A DNA stretch of 60,229 nucleotides, filler included, from Platydemus manokwari (lineage: Eukaryota): the NCBI GenBank assembly GCA_037951405.1. It is 6 parts of 6 records of this genome, joined end to end, with 100 filler letters (N's around TTAATTAATTAA, not from the genome) between each part and the next. Parts side by side here need not be neighbours in the genome. Positions count along the whole stretch, not along the records: positions 11,523 to 20,508 come from JBBMOY011319316.1; positions 20,609 to 29,467 come from JBBMOY011338206.1; 4 more parts are not named here. One strand, 5' to 3'. Shown piece after piece: positions 13,676 through 26,844 of this stretch. Position numbers and translations under genes: made by a program. The notes beneath the pieces were generated by a model that saw only the letters and a list, made by a program, of their open reading frames with translations, was not told where the DNA came from and made no database searches. Within the stretch, counting starts at the first letter, position 1; the number at the start of each line of letters is the position of its first letter.

Positions 13676-16070
13676 TTTCCGAAGTGGTTAACGGTGATTT
13701 GGGAAAATGGTTAGCATTAAAATCTGCGAAATTATATGAATAAGGCACAAACAACTTCCAGAATGATGGCAAAAATGTTCGGACCTTAAAGTTAACTATT
13801 TTCAACATTTCAGGTTTACAGATGAATGATGTTTTGTTTATATTTCTCAATTTACATATTTTCTTTATTTGTTAAGTAAATATTATTTTCTATCGGACTT
13901 NNNNNNNNNNNNNNNNNNNNNNNNNNNNNNNNNNNNNNNNNNNNNNNNNNNNNNNNNNNNNNNNNNNNNNNNNNNNNNNNNNNNNNNNNNNNNNNNNNNN
14001 NNNNNNNNNNNNNNNNNNNNNNNNNNNNTTGAAATAAAAGTTAATAAATAAATAAAGTAACATAAAGAATGTATAAATTATTTGATAAAAATACTGTCGA
14101 TATGATTGTTTTGCTTTCAATGACTCGAAACTATCAAATACCAAATCTAAGTACTGAGTTGCAATTCGATCGGACAAATTGATTTCTCAAAATTTATTTC
14201 AGATATTTTTTGTTGCCGAAATAATTTCCATCAAAATACAAAGAAAATTATCAAATATGGTGTTATATTTTGAAAAGCGTTATTAATATCGTGAGTGGCA
14301 ACAATACCATTTAAATTATTGATGAAGAAATTCTGGAGAATACATTGTTAATAAATACATTATGAAATTAATTTTCTAAAATTTTAAAATATTATTATAA
14401 GAGAGGTTTAAATTATCTCGATTTTCTTTAGAATAATTTTAAAATTTTATTATAATATATGAGTGTGAGTGTGTGTATATGTTTTTTGAATTATTTAATT
14501 CCCATATTAAAGTAGTTTTTACCTTTCGAGGAGCACTTGAAGAGATTCTCAGAAATGATAATCGTGATGGAAACATTCCTAAACAAAAAATATTATAAAA
14601 ATTCATTTTCTGATAAACAAACTATGGACTCGCACATTAATCACGTGCAGAATTTGAGGAATAACTGAAATTTGATTGAGCGAGTCTGATTTAAACAAAA
14701 CCCAAAATAAATAATTCCAAGCGAATATAATTATTTATTCGAGAATTTTATTTTTTTCATGATTTTATCTATTTTTCCGAATTTCATTAATATTTAAATA
14801 TTCTTTTCTTTCACGATTTTTCTCTTGTTTTTTTCTTAATTTTTTACAAATTCAAAAAACGACTTATTTTTATTTCCCATCCAAACCAATTAAACTTTTG
14901 ACACGAATTCATGTCACTTCAACGAGTCAATCGAAATCATGCTTGATGAACTTTAAAATAATCCATTAAAATACGATTTTTCAATTTTTTCGTTTTTTTT
15001 AAAATTTTTTTTTTAACTTTTTTTAATTTTTTCCAAATTCTTATTTTAACCAAATATTTCAATCGATAGCGCTTTTGATTTTATATTTTCAACAAAAAAA
15101 ATGAAATGAATAAAACCGATTTATCCCCAAATATTAACAAATACATTAATGAGAAATTATTTGTTTTAATTGACTGAATAATTGGCTTGTTTGAGAATAT
15201 TTCTGATAGGCAAATATCGAATAATTTATTGTTTCTTTCAATAATCAATCAAATCTTTATAAATGACGCTTTGGAATTTCTCATTTACATAATCTTCGAA
15301 GTAATTTAGTGATTTTCTGTTGTTTAAATATTTGATTTATTAACGGATCTAATAAAGCGTTGTTTGACTGCTCTAAATAATTGATCAATACGATTTCATT
15401 ATTTCTTATTTTACATTGAAAAAAAAAATAAAAATCATTGAATAAATGATCCTTAAAATTAAAACAAAATTTTTAATTTTTTTAATTTTTTTATTTTTCC
15501 TTTAAAAAAACAGATAGATAAATTAAAGAGGAAAACTTTTCAAAATCCGCTTTCATTACCGACGGTTTTGTTTGAAACATTGATAATATTGTTTAGCTAA
15601 ATATTGACACAAGTTAAATATTCCCATACAATAACGGAGGTTTTTTGTTCTTTTTTTTGTTTTACTACATGAAAATGGAGCAATCGGATAAAATTATGCT
15701 TTTCACGAAAGAATAATTCTCTCTCTATCTGGGTTTATTGATGTTATCAATATATTATATAATTCACTATTTCTTAATGAGATTATTGAGAAATAATAAT
15801 ATTTTATATAAACAACGATATATTCAAACAAAACTGTCTTTTTCGTGTCAAATTTTACACATATTTTTGTTGTAAATGTCAGCATTGGTGGTGATGTCAA
15901 CTAGATTGGTGTGAAAATTTCTTATGTTCGTGATTCAATTTTTCTCAACAAATAATACTTTCTAAGTGAGTATTATCATTTTATATAAACAAAATGCATT
16001 ATTTGATAGGTTGTTTTAATATAGTGTTGTTAATATGAGTTCCTTAAGCAAGAGAAATAACAATAAGAAA

Positions 16071-16073
<3 letters not shown>

Positions 16074-16118
<45 letters not shown>
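16074..16118. repeat. (AAT)n microsatellite
   Basis: About 15 perfect TAA units read directly. Confidence 0.95.
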
Positions 16119-17942
16119 CTCCAAATTTCATAGGGATTCCAGAAGAGTGGTAGGTCTCATTGGATTTATTATTATTATTATTATTCCTTCCCAACTTATC
16201 CAACAGTCTAGCCAATTCTATATGACCAACATCATCACACAAAAAGACGCCAGAAATTGATGGTCAAAGACATACAAAACCATTCATTTTAAAATCATTA
16301 TTTTTGTTCTTTCATCGGACAATCGCTTTCGTAAGATTGGGAAATCATATGTGTTTTTTATCTATTAATTAGTCTTGATCGAACAAAAACAAGTCTACTG
16401 ATGATCCTAATGAGTCTCTACACGATGAGCAATTTTGTATTAGTTCTGATAAATCTCTTACAGTGTCTGGCATTGGAAATAATTTCCCTCAAATCGTGTG
16501 TTTCTTATTTATAACATAGATGTCAAGTAAAGAATTTAACAATACATATATCATAAATCATAGAAATTGAAACTGAAAGTGGAAAACCGAAAAACGAAGT
16601 CTAAATTATGTAAACATCGGTACAGCAGAGGTTATTCACAAGCATACTTGTGATAGATTATTTTTCGATTTATAATAGTAAAGTGGATTCACCTGATCGT
16701 ATTACTTGTATCGATTCTCCATAAGAACTGTCGATTCAAACAAGGCTTGTTACTCGTGGAACCAAATATATTTGTGTGAGAATTACATGACCTCAATTGA
16801 TTTTCCTCAAGGAACAAGCCAGTTGCTTTAATATTTACATTTCTATATTATATTTTCATAACTAATATACTCGAAATCGGTAACGTGTTTTTAACAGAAA
16901 ATTATCTTATTAATAGAATGATTTTAAAAAATGTGAGTTTTGAAATTGAGAATTTTTTTAATTCTATATGATAATTAAATTATAATTTGGTGTGGTGACT
17001 TTTCAGTTCGTTTATATTGCGTACTTAAAGTGGCTTACAATAGTGAAAGTGATTAAAGTTCCATTTCGAGAGTTTCAGAATATAATTTAGAATATCGAGT
17101 ATATTACGCAGTAAATTTGTGTGGTTTAATTATCAAAATGATGTTGATCGATTAGATCCGATATCGATTTCTCAAATAATAATAATAATTCTACTAAATA
17201 ACTTGGAACTTGACTTTTTATCTCTGAAAATTTGTCTGTCAAATTCGAATAGTTTTTCATCAATTTAGAAAGATGCTTAATCTGTTTGTAGCCCATAATG
17301 TTGGATGTTTAAATCGTATATCTTCAGTAACGCAAAGGCATTTTTAAATGTATTACTACACAAACCATTAAATATTTCAATGTAAATGAATCAATGAAAA
17401 ATGGTTACTCCCAAAATAACTGCTTCGTATAGATCACAGACACCTCGTTATTAATAAAGTATTGAAATGGGTTTATTTAAACAAATATCATAAAAAATTA
17501 TTTTTATATTAACAGCAATAAAGTTTACCTTTGCTGGTTTGATTTATCGATTTTCATTAAGTGATTTATGTGATCTTTTGTGTCAACACATGAGAAATTG
17601 ATATGAATATTATCTACGGTTCGGATAGACTTAATCGTCAAAAACAATCTCTTTTCCTGACACAAATCTTAAATAATTATCAGATTCATTTGTTTCATCG
17701 ATTATCACAAAACTATCCCAATCATTCAAATACGATATCAATCAGTTTATTTTTCTTTGTTAATAGATTATTTATTTGTTTAAATTAATATATATGAATT
17801 TATTTATTTAATAAATATTTCAGCTGTTGTATATCAACTCCTAAAATTATCATCGAAATTCGGGGAACATATAATTCAATTTTATTTTTAATTATAATCA
17901 TCGATTATTTTTGAATTTGTTTTAATATTAATAGCTCTAACA

Positions 17943-18278
17943 CAGTGGTTTTCAACCAGTGTCTCGAGCAACATTAGGGTTCCGCCATTACACTCTAGGG
18001 GTTCCGCAGTTTCTAAATCTCTAAATTAGAACAACAAACAAATAAATTNNNNNNNNNNNNNNNNNNNNNNNNNNNNNNNNNNNNNNNNNNNNNNNNNNNN
18101 NNNNNNNNNNNNNNNNNNNNNNNNNNNNNNNNNNNNNNNNNNNNNNNNNNNNNNNNNNNNNNNNNNNNNNNNNNNNNNNNNNNTTAACATAATTAAACTT
18201 GCTCCATTATTGAACAGGGGTTCCTCGAGCCAATGTTTCCGTGGGTTTCCTCTCCAGCAAAAAGGTTGAAAACCGATA
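17943..18278 (+). mobile_element. hAT-type element with both ends, spanning a scaffold gap
   Basis: Left end CAGTGGTTTTCAACC, right end GGTTGAAAACC, and GGGTTCC subterminal motifs. The right end recurs inverted at 59893-59992. Confidence 0.7.
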
Positions 18279-18904
18279 AAATAAACTCTTTGACCTGATA
18301 TTTTTATAATTAATTTTCGCCTCTAATGTGATTTTATAATTTAATTTTATTTAAAAGCTTTTAAAAATTTCAAGTTAAAAATTAAATTTACAAAACCCTT
18401 TTAAACTTTGATGAAAATCAATGAAGACTAAAAAAATGTGTACCTCTATTGCCAAACATTATTTTTGATTTAAATGTCTCGGGTTTCAGGATTGACAAAG
18501 CAATTAAAATGGATAATGGAGCAATTTTGACAACCGAGACTTGTAAGCCACTTATAAGTAATCCACTAAATCGTATCAACGATACATCCCGACCATATCA
18601 AGGCACATTTAAATATTAATTTTACTTTTATATTATAATTAAGGCCTGTTAAAACTGGAAATAAGAAACAATCATGATATCGTCATATTTTGTAATTTGA
18701 TATATTTTCTAAAATATTTAATTTTATGTTTTCTAAATATTCTTACCATTTTGTGAAGATTGGATTTCTCAGGACTGTCAGTCGGTAGCTTATTTTTTGT
18801 GTGACACCATGTAAGTAAAAAAATAAGTGTTTGAGATACATAGATATTAAAGCAAAACTCAATTAATAAGTCAACTCCTTTATTAAAATCAAAACACTTA
18901 TCCT

Positions 18905-19140
18905 ATATTTTAACCATTGTCATCAATATGATTAAATGCAGTGGTGTAAAATCTTTATTGGAACTTTTGGAAATACAACATGCACCACATAGCAACTGTT
19001 ATATTTTTATTTTAATTGCCATTGATTGTGATCACCGATGTCAGCAAGTTCAATAAAACTGAGAAGATCGCAGATAAGTCGCTTAAACATAAAGAAAGTA
19101 ATAAAATTAAATATCATAATAATAGAAGTTTGAAAAACAT
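18905..19140 (-). pseudogene. Possible rhodopsin-family GPCR pseudogene fragment (TM2-TM3 like)
   Basis: Reads MFFKLLLL*YLILLLSLCLSDLSAIFSVLLNLLTSVITINGN*NKNITVAMWCMLYFQKF: an LxxSDL TM2-like motif and a Cys before the next hydrophobic stretch, with in-frame stops. Confidence 0.25.
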
Positions 19141-20508
19141 TGGTAGACTTACAATGAGGATTATATATAAAATATTTCGATAAATATATTGGTGGGGGTC
19201 ATCCACCTCGAAAGTGCGAGGCGAAAGGAAAAAAATTAATCAGGCTTATTACTGCACGTTGTGCAGAAAAACCTCGGACATTGGTATATAATGCTGACAG
19301 TGTTAATAAATTTCAATATTAACAAAAATCACAAAAGTCACACTTGCACACTAAACAAACAAATATTCATAAACAATAAGTGTAGAAAAAATTTGAAATA
19401 AAATACATTTTTCAGCAAAAAACAAACATGAAATTAGTAAAATTTGTTTAATCGAATCAAGATTAAAAATTGTTTAATCGACCTTAAGGTCATAAGAAAA
19501 AATATGATCAAAGTTTAAAAATAGAAGTCACATAATTCCAAAAAATAGAATTATTACAAATGTTAGTGTAAATAACCAAGTTAGCTAAAAATAGTAACTC
19601 GTAGAGAACAGACACCAAAAATAGTAACACATGATACTAAACATAGAATGTCACTAAAAATAGCGGAATGACACATAAAAAATTCACACGACATAATGCA
19701 AAATATTATATAAATAAGTGACTTGTTACTCTACGCACTATTTTTCGATTTCAATATTAAGAGTCCACAAGATTAATATTACTTATTTAAACGTACAATT
19801 TTATTTGAACAATTATTCGGACAATTTTATAATTATCCGTTTTCAACTTTATTATTGTTCAAGACATCATCATGAAGATATTTTATGCAAATGGCCAAAT
19901 TTTTTATCATTGTTGTAATAATTAACTACTGATATTTTAAAATTCAATAAGAACCTCATACTTGGTTCCCTACTATTCTTTTTTATTGAGAGGCTTGTCC
20001 AGCCAATTAGGCGGCACGCCCTGTACCTTTACTTCGAAGGTTCTGTGCTTATATATAGAATTTTATGCTATCTACTAGTTTTTCTATTATTCAAACATAT
20101 TTTATTGTTTTGTATTGTATTGTTTTACAATTGGTATTTATATTTTGAATATTATTTGATAATATCGGAGGTTTAAAATGCAGTTGGAGTCCAGATAAGT
20201 TAAAGATTCTAAAACTTTCTGACTTAAATTTTATAACATCTTGAACACACTTAAACCCAGTGTTATTCAATATTTTATTTCGAAATATAAAATTATAATC
20301 AGATAGCAAAAATCGAAAATTCGAAACTAACAAACTAGTTAATTAAACTATAAAGTTTTTGCAATACACTCAACGTTTTTGAATTTTATTATAGAACCCA
20401 TTGTCTTACCTTAAATAATTATATTTTAAATAATAATTAAGTAATTTACTTAAATAATGGGGAAGAATCAAATTAATTCATAAAAAATCAAATTAAGCAT
20501 TAAAACAT

Positions 20509-20608
20509 NNNNNNNNNNNNNNNNNNNNNNNNNNNNNNNNNNNNNNNNNNNNTTAATTAATTAANNNNNNNNNNNNNNNNNNNNNNNNNNNNNNNNNNNN
20601 NNNNNNNN
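20509..20608. other. Assembly spacer with TTAATTAATTAA linker
   Basis: 44 N + linker at 20553-20564 + 44 N. Confidence 0.95.
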
Positions 20609-20737
20609 ATATACTTTGTGTGTGTGTAGCTAACTTACTTTAAAGAGTTCTCTTGATTATAAATCTGTTTTTTTTAAGTAAATCATTTATTATTGTTTGA
20701 ATAATATTAAATTTTTTATTCATTTAAATTATTATTA

Positions 20738-21421
20738 ATGCAAGTAATGTCTTAAAATTTTAATTTTATTTAATAACTAAAAGTTTAGAAATCTGTTAAA
20801 AAATCTGGCAATTCTAATTTTAAAAATAGAGATAATTCTATAAAGTCAAATAATTTTGGAAATAAATTTAAGCAACCTGAGAGAAAGCGTGTAATAAACC
20901 CGTTAAAAGGGGGAAAATTCGAGGTAAATATTGGTAAATTCCATCATGTTTTTGATGATGAAGCAAGCTTAAAAGAGTGGAAAAAATCTCAAAGTATGAC
21001 CAAGAAAGAAAAAACTAAATCAGATAAATGGTGTTTTAGTTGCCGAAAAGCTGGTCATTTAATGGTAAACTGCCCTCTTTTGGATGGTAGAACCAAATCT
21101 GACAATAGCTCACTCATGTGTTTTCATTGCGGTGAAACAAGTCATAACATTTATAATTGTGAAGCTCCAGAAAAAAATTTCTCCTTCGCTAAATGCTTTA
21201 TTTGTAGTCAAACAGGCCATTTATCACGTTCTTGTCCAAAAGGAAACAAAAGTGTATATCCAAATGGTGGCAGTTGTCACTTGTGTGAAAAGACAGACCA
21301 TTTGATGAAAGACTGTCCACTTAAATGCCCGAACAAATTTACTAAGAACAAAAAAGTAAATAATACGTGCAAAGATTCAAACTTGAAAATAATCGGTGGT
21401 GACGACGATGATTTTAATTAG
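20738..21421 (+). CDS. ZCCHC9: Zinc finger CCHC domain-containing protein 9, join(20738..20743,20789..21421), ~212 aa
   Basis: Four CX2CX4HX4C knuckles with the FAKCFICSQTGHLSRSCP...YPNGGSCHLC signature. The frame is open upstream to a TTTAG acceptor (20788), with a micro-exon ATG CAA|gtaatg and a 45-bp intron. Confidence 0.9.
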
Positions 21422-21601
21422 ATATAATTAGTCGATATTCTTCTGTTCTGTTTTTTAATATAGTTTTTATAATCAATTTTTATTTTTATAATCTATTGAT
21501 GTCTAAATGTAAACAATGATCTCTTTAGTTTTAATGTTAATTTTGGTTAAACGTTTATATACATACAATCAAATAATAATATAAAAATACGCCCAACAAA
21601 T

Positions 21602-23520
21602 TTATTCCATGTTCATTACAGAATAACGATCAACCCTATGATGTGTCGACCATCCTATAGGTAGGTATTTTGGTTGCATTTCTTTGATAAAATGTTGGCG
21701 CCACATCACCTCGAAATTTACTAAATCAACTGGCGTAGTTAATGTTTGAACAACTTTCAATCCATGAGCCACGTATTGCCCATCACAAGTGGAAATTTCT
21801 AAACTGGCTGCTTTTAATAGAATATCTTTATCGATTGTCATATTTTCACTGGACGTATTCAATTCATAGAATTCTGCCAATATCGATTGCAATTCCTTAA
21901 TTCGATCGAGAGGAATTTTATTTTGATACAATAAAGCTTTGGCTGCATTTTTCACTCGGCTACGATTAGAATCAATCTATAAGATTGGGATAACAAGTGC
22001 CGAATTTATAACAATGAAAGCAACTTTATTTAGGACGGAATCTCTGGATCCTAATGGAGCACTATATTGTTCGGCTAATTCTTTCTTTTTTGAATCATCG
22101 ATACGATTGCTCATTTGATGGCATCCAACACATAATGGTAGAACATCATGCGATTTGTGGCTTTTATGTGACACTGGGTAATGCCTGAAAGTTTTGTTAA
22201 GATTTTAATGAGAATCCCATTACAGACACAGAGGCACGATAATAAAAACAATATTTTACCTGCGATACTCTATTGGAATGATATTTTTCCTCACACAACC
22301 TTCTTTAAAACCACAAACGACACACATGTTTTCTTTCTCCTGGATATAATAATCATTTTGTCCAGATGATCTTCCAGATGGTTCAAATAATAATTTCACC
22401 ACGAGAGGGTTATCCGATACTTGAACGCCGAGATTTCGTTTTACATACCATTCAGCTTTTTTCCTACTCAAACGAGATAACATTTCACCGTCTGGTGTCA
22501 GTAAAATCGTATTGTCATAAACTGGGCAAGATGAAGCGTATGATTTGGTAGAGGAATACGATTTATAGTTTTTCTTCGATGTGGATTTATTATGTTCAGA
22601 TTTGTTCTTTGATTTAAATCTCAAATCAATACAGCCTTGACAATAGTTACGTATAGTATTCAGTTTTTCCAAGGCTTTATTAGGACTCAAATTCAATTTC
22701 CGACATAGGAATTCAATAGGGCAAAGACTGCCAACGAGAGCATCTAACGATGCATATTCAATCTTTAGAGCTTAATCAAAAGTGAATTGATAAAATAAAA
22801 TTTACCTGCTTCGCAGTTAGTGCATCTTGTGACCAATTACTACATTGAACAGAGAGCAACTTATTTTCTTCAGAATCATAGGAATAATTTACACATAACC
22901 AATTCCGAGCGAAAGATTTTAAACCCATATGATCTAATCCATTCGGTCTTACTCTTACTGCTAGATGTCGCAGATCGACACATCCACGTAGAATGATATT
23001 CCATTGAGTTTCTAATTTTTTACTGTCGTCTAAAACACCGATACCAAACTTTAACTTTGACGAATCCTAAATAGCAATTATATATAAATTTATCACAAAA
23101 GATCTACCGACTTTCATCCAATTTATAAATTCGTTCGGAATATGCGACTTTTCTTTCAATAATCTTAATAAAAAGCAACTCCCATCCGGGAAAGCAATTT
23201 GAATCAGGGAAATTGTTTCCGATGGAGCCCATTCACAATCAAAACCAGCTCCATTATATTTACTAGCTTGGATCTGAGAAACATAATTTTTAAAAATTTA
23301 AATCAAGATTTACAATAAATTTGTCTTCGAAATCTTTCATAGTGTTCACATCACTGTTTTCATCAATTATGTATACATTTTTAAACTTTACAATATCGTT
23401 GTAAAATGCACCATTATTTTTGGAAAGATACTTTTTCAAGTACTTTAATGATAAGAATAAAATAAATGATAACACAGATACATTAAAAAAAATGTAAATA
23501 GAATAAAAACTATTAGACAT
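21602..23520 (-). CDS. EXD2: Exonuclease 3'-5' domain-containing protein 2; exons 23314-23520, 23112-23273, 22806-23066, 22260-22762, 22025-22184, 21602-21976; ~555 aa
   Basis: N-terminal hydrophobic anchor; DEDDy motifs GFDCEW, KFGIGVLDD, GCVDLRHLA and QIEYASLDA; C-terminal HNH-like region CVVCG...KNIIPIEYRRHYP...SHDVLPLCVGCH and WRQHF...MQPKYLP.GWS. All introns are GT-AG with consistent phases. Confidence 0.93.
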
Positions 23521-23570
23521 TTGAAATAACTACATTACTCTGTATATTAAAACAAACTAACAAAAAAAAT

Positions 23571-24741
23571 TTATTGATGTGTATCACAATTATTTAGTTT
23601 TTCATAATTTTTCAGTCTTGCTTCAAGACGTATATTTTTAAATGTGTTTAAAATTGTAATTCCACCGCTGAATTTATACAATTCAAAAATAGCATTCACT
23701 GGTAAAATGCTAAAAAAAAATACTAATAAACTATCAATAACTAAAATGTCTTACGATTTAATCACAAATATAAAATATGTTAACCGTCCCATACTTAACT
23801 GAATTTGATTTTTCATAATACCCTTGATAATCTTGTTCGCCACGTAACTTGGTTTAAGAGCAGGCAACAACCACGAAAGTCTAATCTTTTATTATAGAAA
23901 TATCGCTTAATTTAATTCGTACCTGGATAAACAGCCATGTAACAATCCCGACTCTACCAAAAAAGGAGTAACAATTGTAACGTGAATATCATCATTTTTG
24001 TGCACATATCTCAATTCAGTCAAAAGAGTTTCCCCAAATATAGATAGCGAAGCTTTAGAAGCACAATAATCACTGAGAAAAGGAGTTGTAACATATGCTC
24101 CCACAGACGAAACAAAAACAATATGACCGTGTGATCGTTTGAGCATTTGTGGCAAAAAAGATTGAACAATCTATAATGCTAAGACAATCCAAAATGCTAA
24201 AAATATTATTTTGAACTAAACTAACATAAAAATTTGCAAACAAATTGACATCAAATGTTTCTTTGATTTCATCTTCAGTCAAATCAAGAATTTGCTTTCC
24301 ATGTAATATACCGGCATTATTTATCAAAATATCTACATGCCCTATATTATCTTCAACATATTTATGCAACTTCAGGATATTCTCTTTAAATCTGATATCG
24401 CATGAATAAATAAACATATTTTTATCTGTTTTCTTATAAACGATATCTTTGGTTTCAATCAAACCATTAGTATCCACATCAACACCTAGGACAATGCACC
24501 CTTTTTCAGCTAAATTAATGCACATTTCCCTACCAATTCCATTTGCTGCTCCTTAACAATCAATAAAATTATCTTAAATAAATCCACAAAAACCTGTTAA
24601 TAGAACAATTTCACCTCGTAATGATTTGTAGTTAGGTTTAATAAACTGAATCACAAACTGCCATGATGATTTTAAAATTTCATATAAAATTATGAATATA
24701 CAAAAAAATAAGTCATAGAAAATTAAAAATATTTCTTTCAT
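23571..24741 (-). CDS. SDR16C-family short-chain dehydrogenase (epidermal retinol dehydrogenase 2 / RDH10-like); exons 24594-24741, 24226-24551, 23923-24170, 23755-23880, 23571-23709; ~328 aa
   Basis: N-terminal membrane anchor, GEIVLLTGAANGIG (TGxxxGxG), NNAG, GHIVFVSS and the catalytic YCASK. Four 42-55 bp GT-AG introns keep the frame. Confidence 0.9.
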
Positions 24742-26844
24742 TAAGTTAAAAAATTTTCGTTTGTTTACTTTATTTGAACAAAATGATATTAATATAATTT
24801 ATTTACACTTCCTAGGTGCAAAGGCTATGTTCAAGGGTATATATAAAACAAACTTATTCTGAACATTTATATATAAAGATACGCATTTTCATCTTAAATT
24901 TTCTAAAAAATGGAGCATTTCTCAATCACTATACAATATATTCCTAATTTGTTTTTAATTTACAGATAATTCATACAGATATGGTCTCAGTTTTGGAATT
25001 TGTTTCATGCCACGATTGATAAATCTTTTTATTTAATTTTAATTTTAATTTATGGATTTTTAACACCATTTTTATGACTTATAAAAGAAATTGTTAATAT
25101 GAATAATGTAATAGATTCTAATCAATAAAATAATTTTTAACTCATAGACGTGGGAAACAGAAGATTTTGCAAGGATAATAATAACTATAAAAATGTATTA
25201 AGTTCGACTGACAAAAATTAATTAAAATAATTGCTAAGTAATTAAAATTGGTGCTAATAATCAACAAAAAATACAATTGATTAAAAAAGATAAAATTAAA
25301 AATTTATATTCAGAACAATTAAAACCATGCTATAAAGCGGTTACGTACATGTTAAAATATAAATTCCCAAAAATGGATCAATAAAGTTTAATAAAAAAGT
25401 AATATAATCGCAATTAAATAAAGAGATAGTTCGAAAGATGAAAGATAATCACAAAAGTAATCACAAGTATTACTGACCACGGATGACGGTGATTGTTCTC
25501 TCGAGTATACTGTGCATAATTTTTGCTGTGTGTATCCTTAACTCACTTTGAAGCAATAGGAACTCTGGAGTGTCGATTTGATAAATTTTATTAATATAAC
25601 AAATTACTACCTTAAATTCATATACGTAGAAATAGTTTATAGAAATCCTTCATAATATTGAAATAAAACAGTATATGAAGAAGTTTGAAACCTAGCCCTA
25701 TCATATGACGCAAATTAAATGCAAATGATTCTAAAGGTACTAGAAGTCAACTTATAACCTGGTATCTTAGACTTGCAAGGATCCTAATTATGTGATTAAT
25801 TTTCCTGTTAACAAACAGAGATTATAACTTCTGTCATTTAGATTCACAAGAATTATGCTTGTGAGAGTGTAGTTTAAGACTTATTAGCGTGGTCATTAAA
25901 GTGATTTCAATCAAGCAATGTATTACCGGTTCCAAAAATGGGGCAGGGTCCTGTGCTTTGTGAGCCTATTTATAAATAAAATATTTCATTTTGAGTTTTA
26001 TGGGAAAAATAATTATTAATTTATTAATGAATACCTCAGTTTTATTATTGGGTTTCTATTTTTGGATTTTATTAGTATGTTTTAAGTTTTATTAATTTTA
26101 ATTCCTCCTGTATTAATTAATCTTTTTTTATTTAATTTACTAAATGATAGAAGAATATTTTATTGATGTTTTGAATATTTGATGATCGTTTTATTGATAA
26201 TAGTTTATTAAGGAATTATTATAGTAGTCATTAATAGAAAGCAGTCATATTATCAAAATTATAGCACATATTCATCAAGACTCAGTAATTATCATGTCAT
26301 AATAATTATTTTGAATTTCATATCAATGAATTTTCAAAATCAATGTATTACTGTTACTTGATATTCCTAACTTGATCATCATTATAGGTCAATAATCACC
26401 AGGGAATCCCAAATGCAAACTCTGCAAACAATGAAGCTTTTGTAAAGCTTGTGTTTATTTCCTAACAGTACATCATGGACTATCAGATAAAAAGAAGATT
26501 TAGAAGAGATATAAAGCGGATAGAAGAAAAAGAAATCTATATTTGATACAGAGATAATTAAGAATAGTTATAAAATCAAAGATTTTTAATAAAAGAGGAA
26601 TGTGAGGATTTTAAAATAATGATTTTTAAAAAATAAATATTTATTGTAAATTGGTAAACATTTTGTCCAAAAAATCTTATGTGTTATATCTCCAATTATT
26701 CTTGTGAAGTAAAATTATTATTAATTATTAAAGTTGTAATAATTGTAAGTATCATAGTAATAAATATTTGTCATGAATAATTCATGTATAAGAGCTAGCT
26801 AATAATTAACATAAATTGATTTTATTCCAATACAACGAAACGGA

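Noticed and set aside
20996-21421. Retroviral gag nucleocapsid
   Set aside because: The four-knuckle spacing and FAKCF/YPNGG linkers match cellular ZCCHC9; it has an intron and no capsid or pol context.
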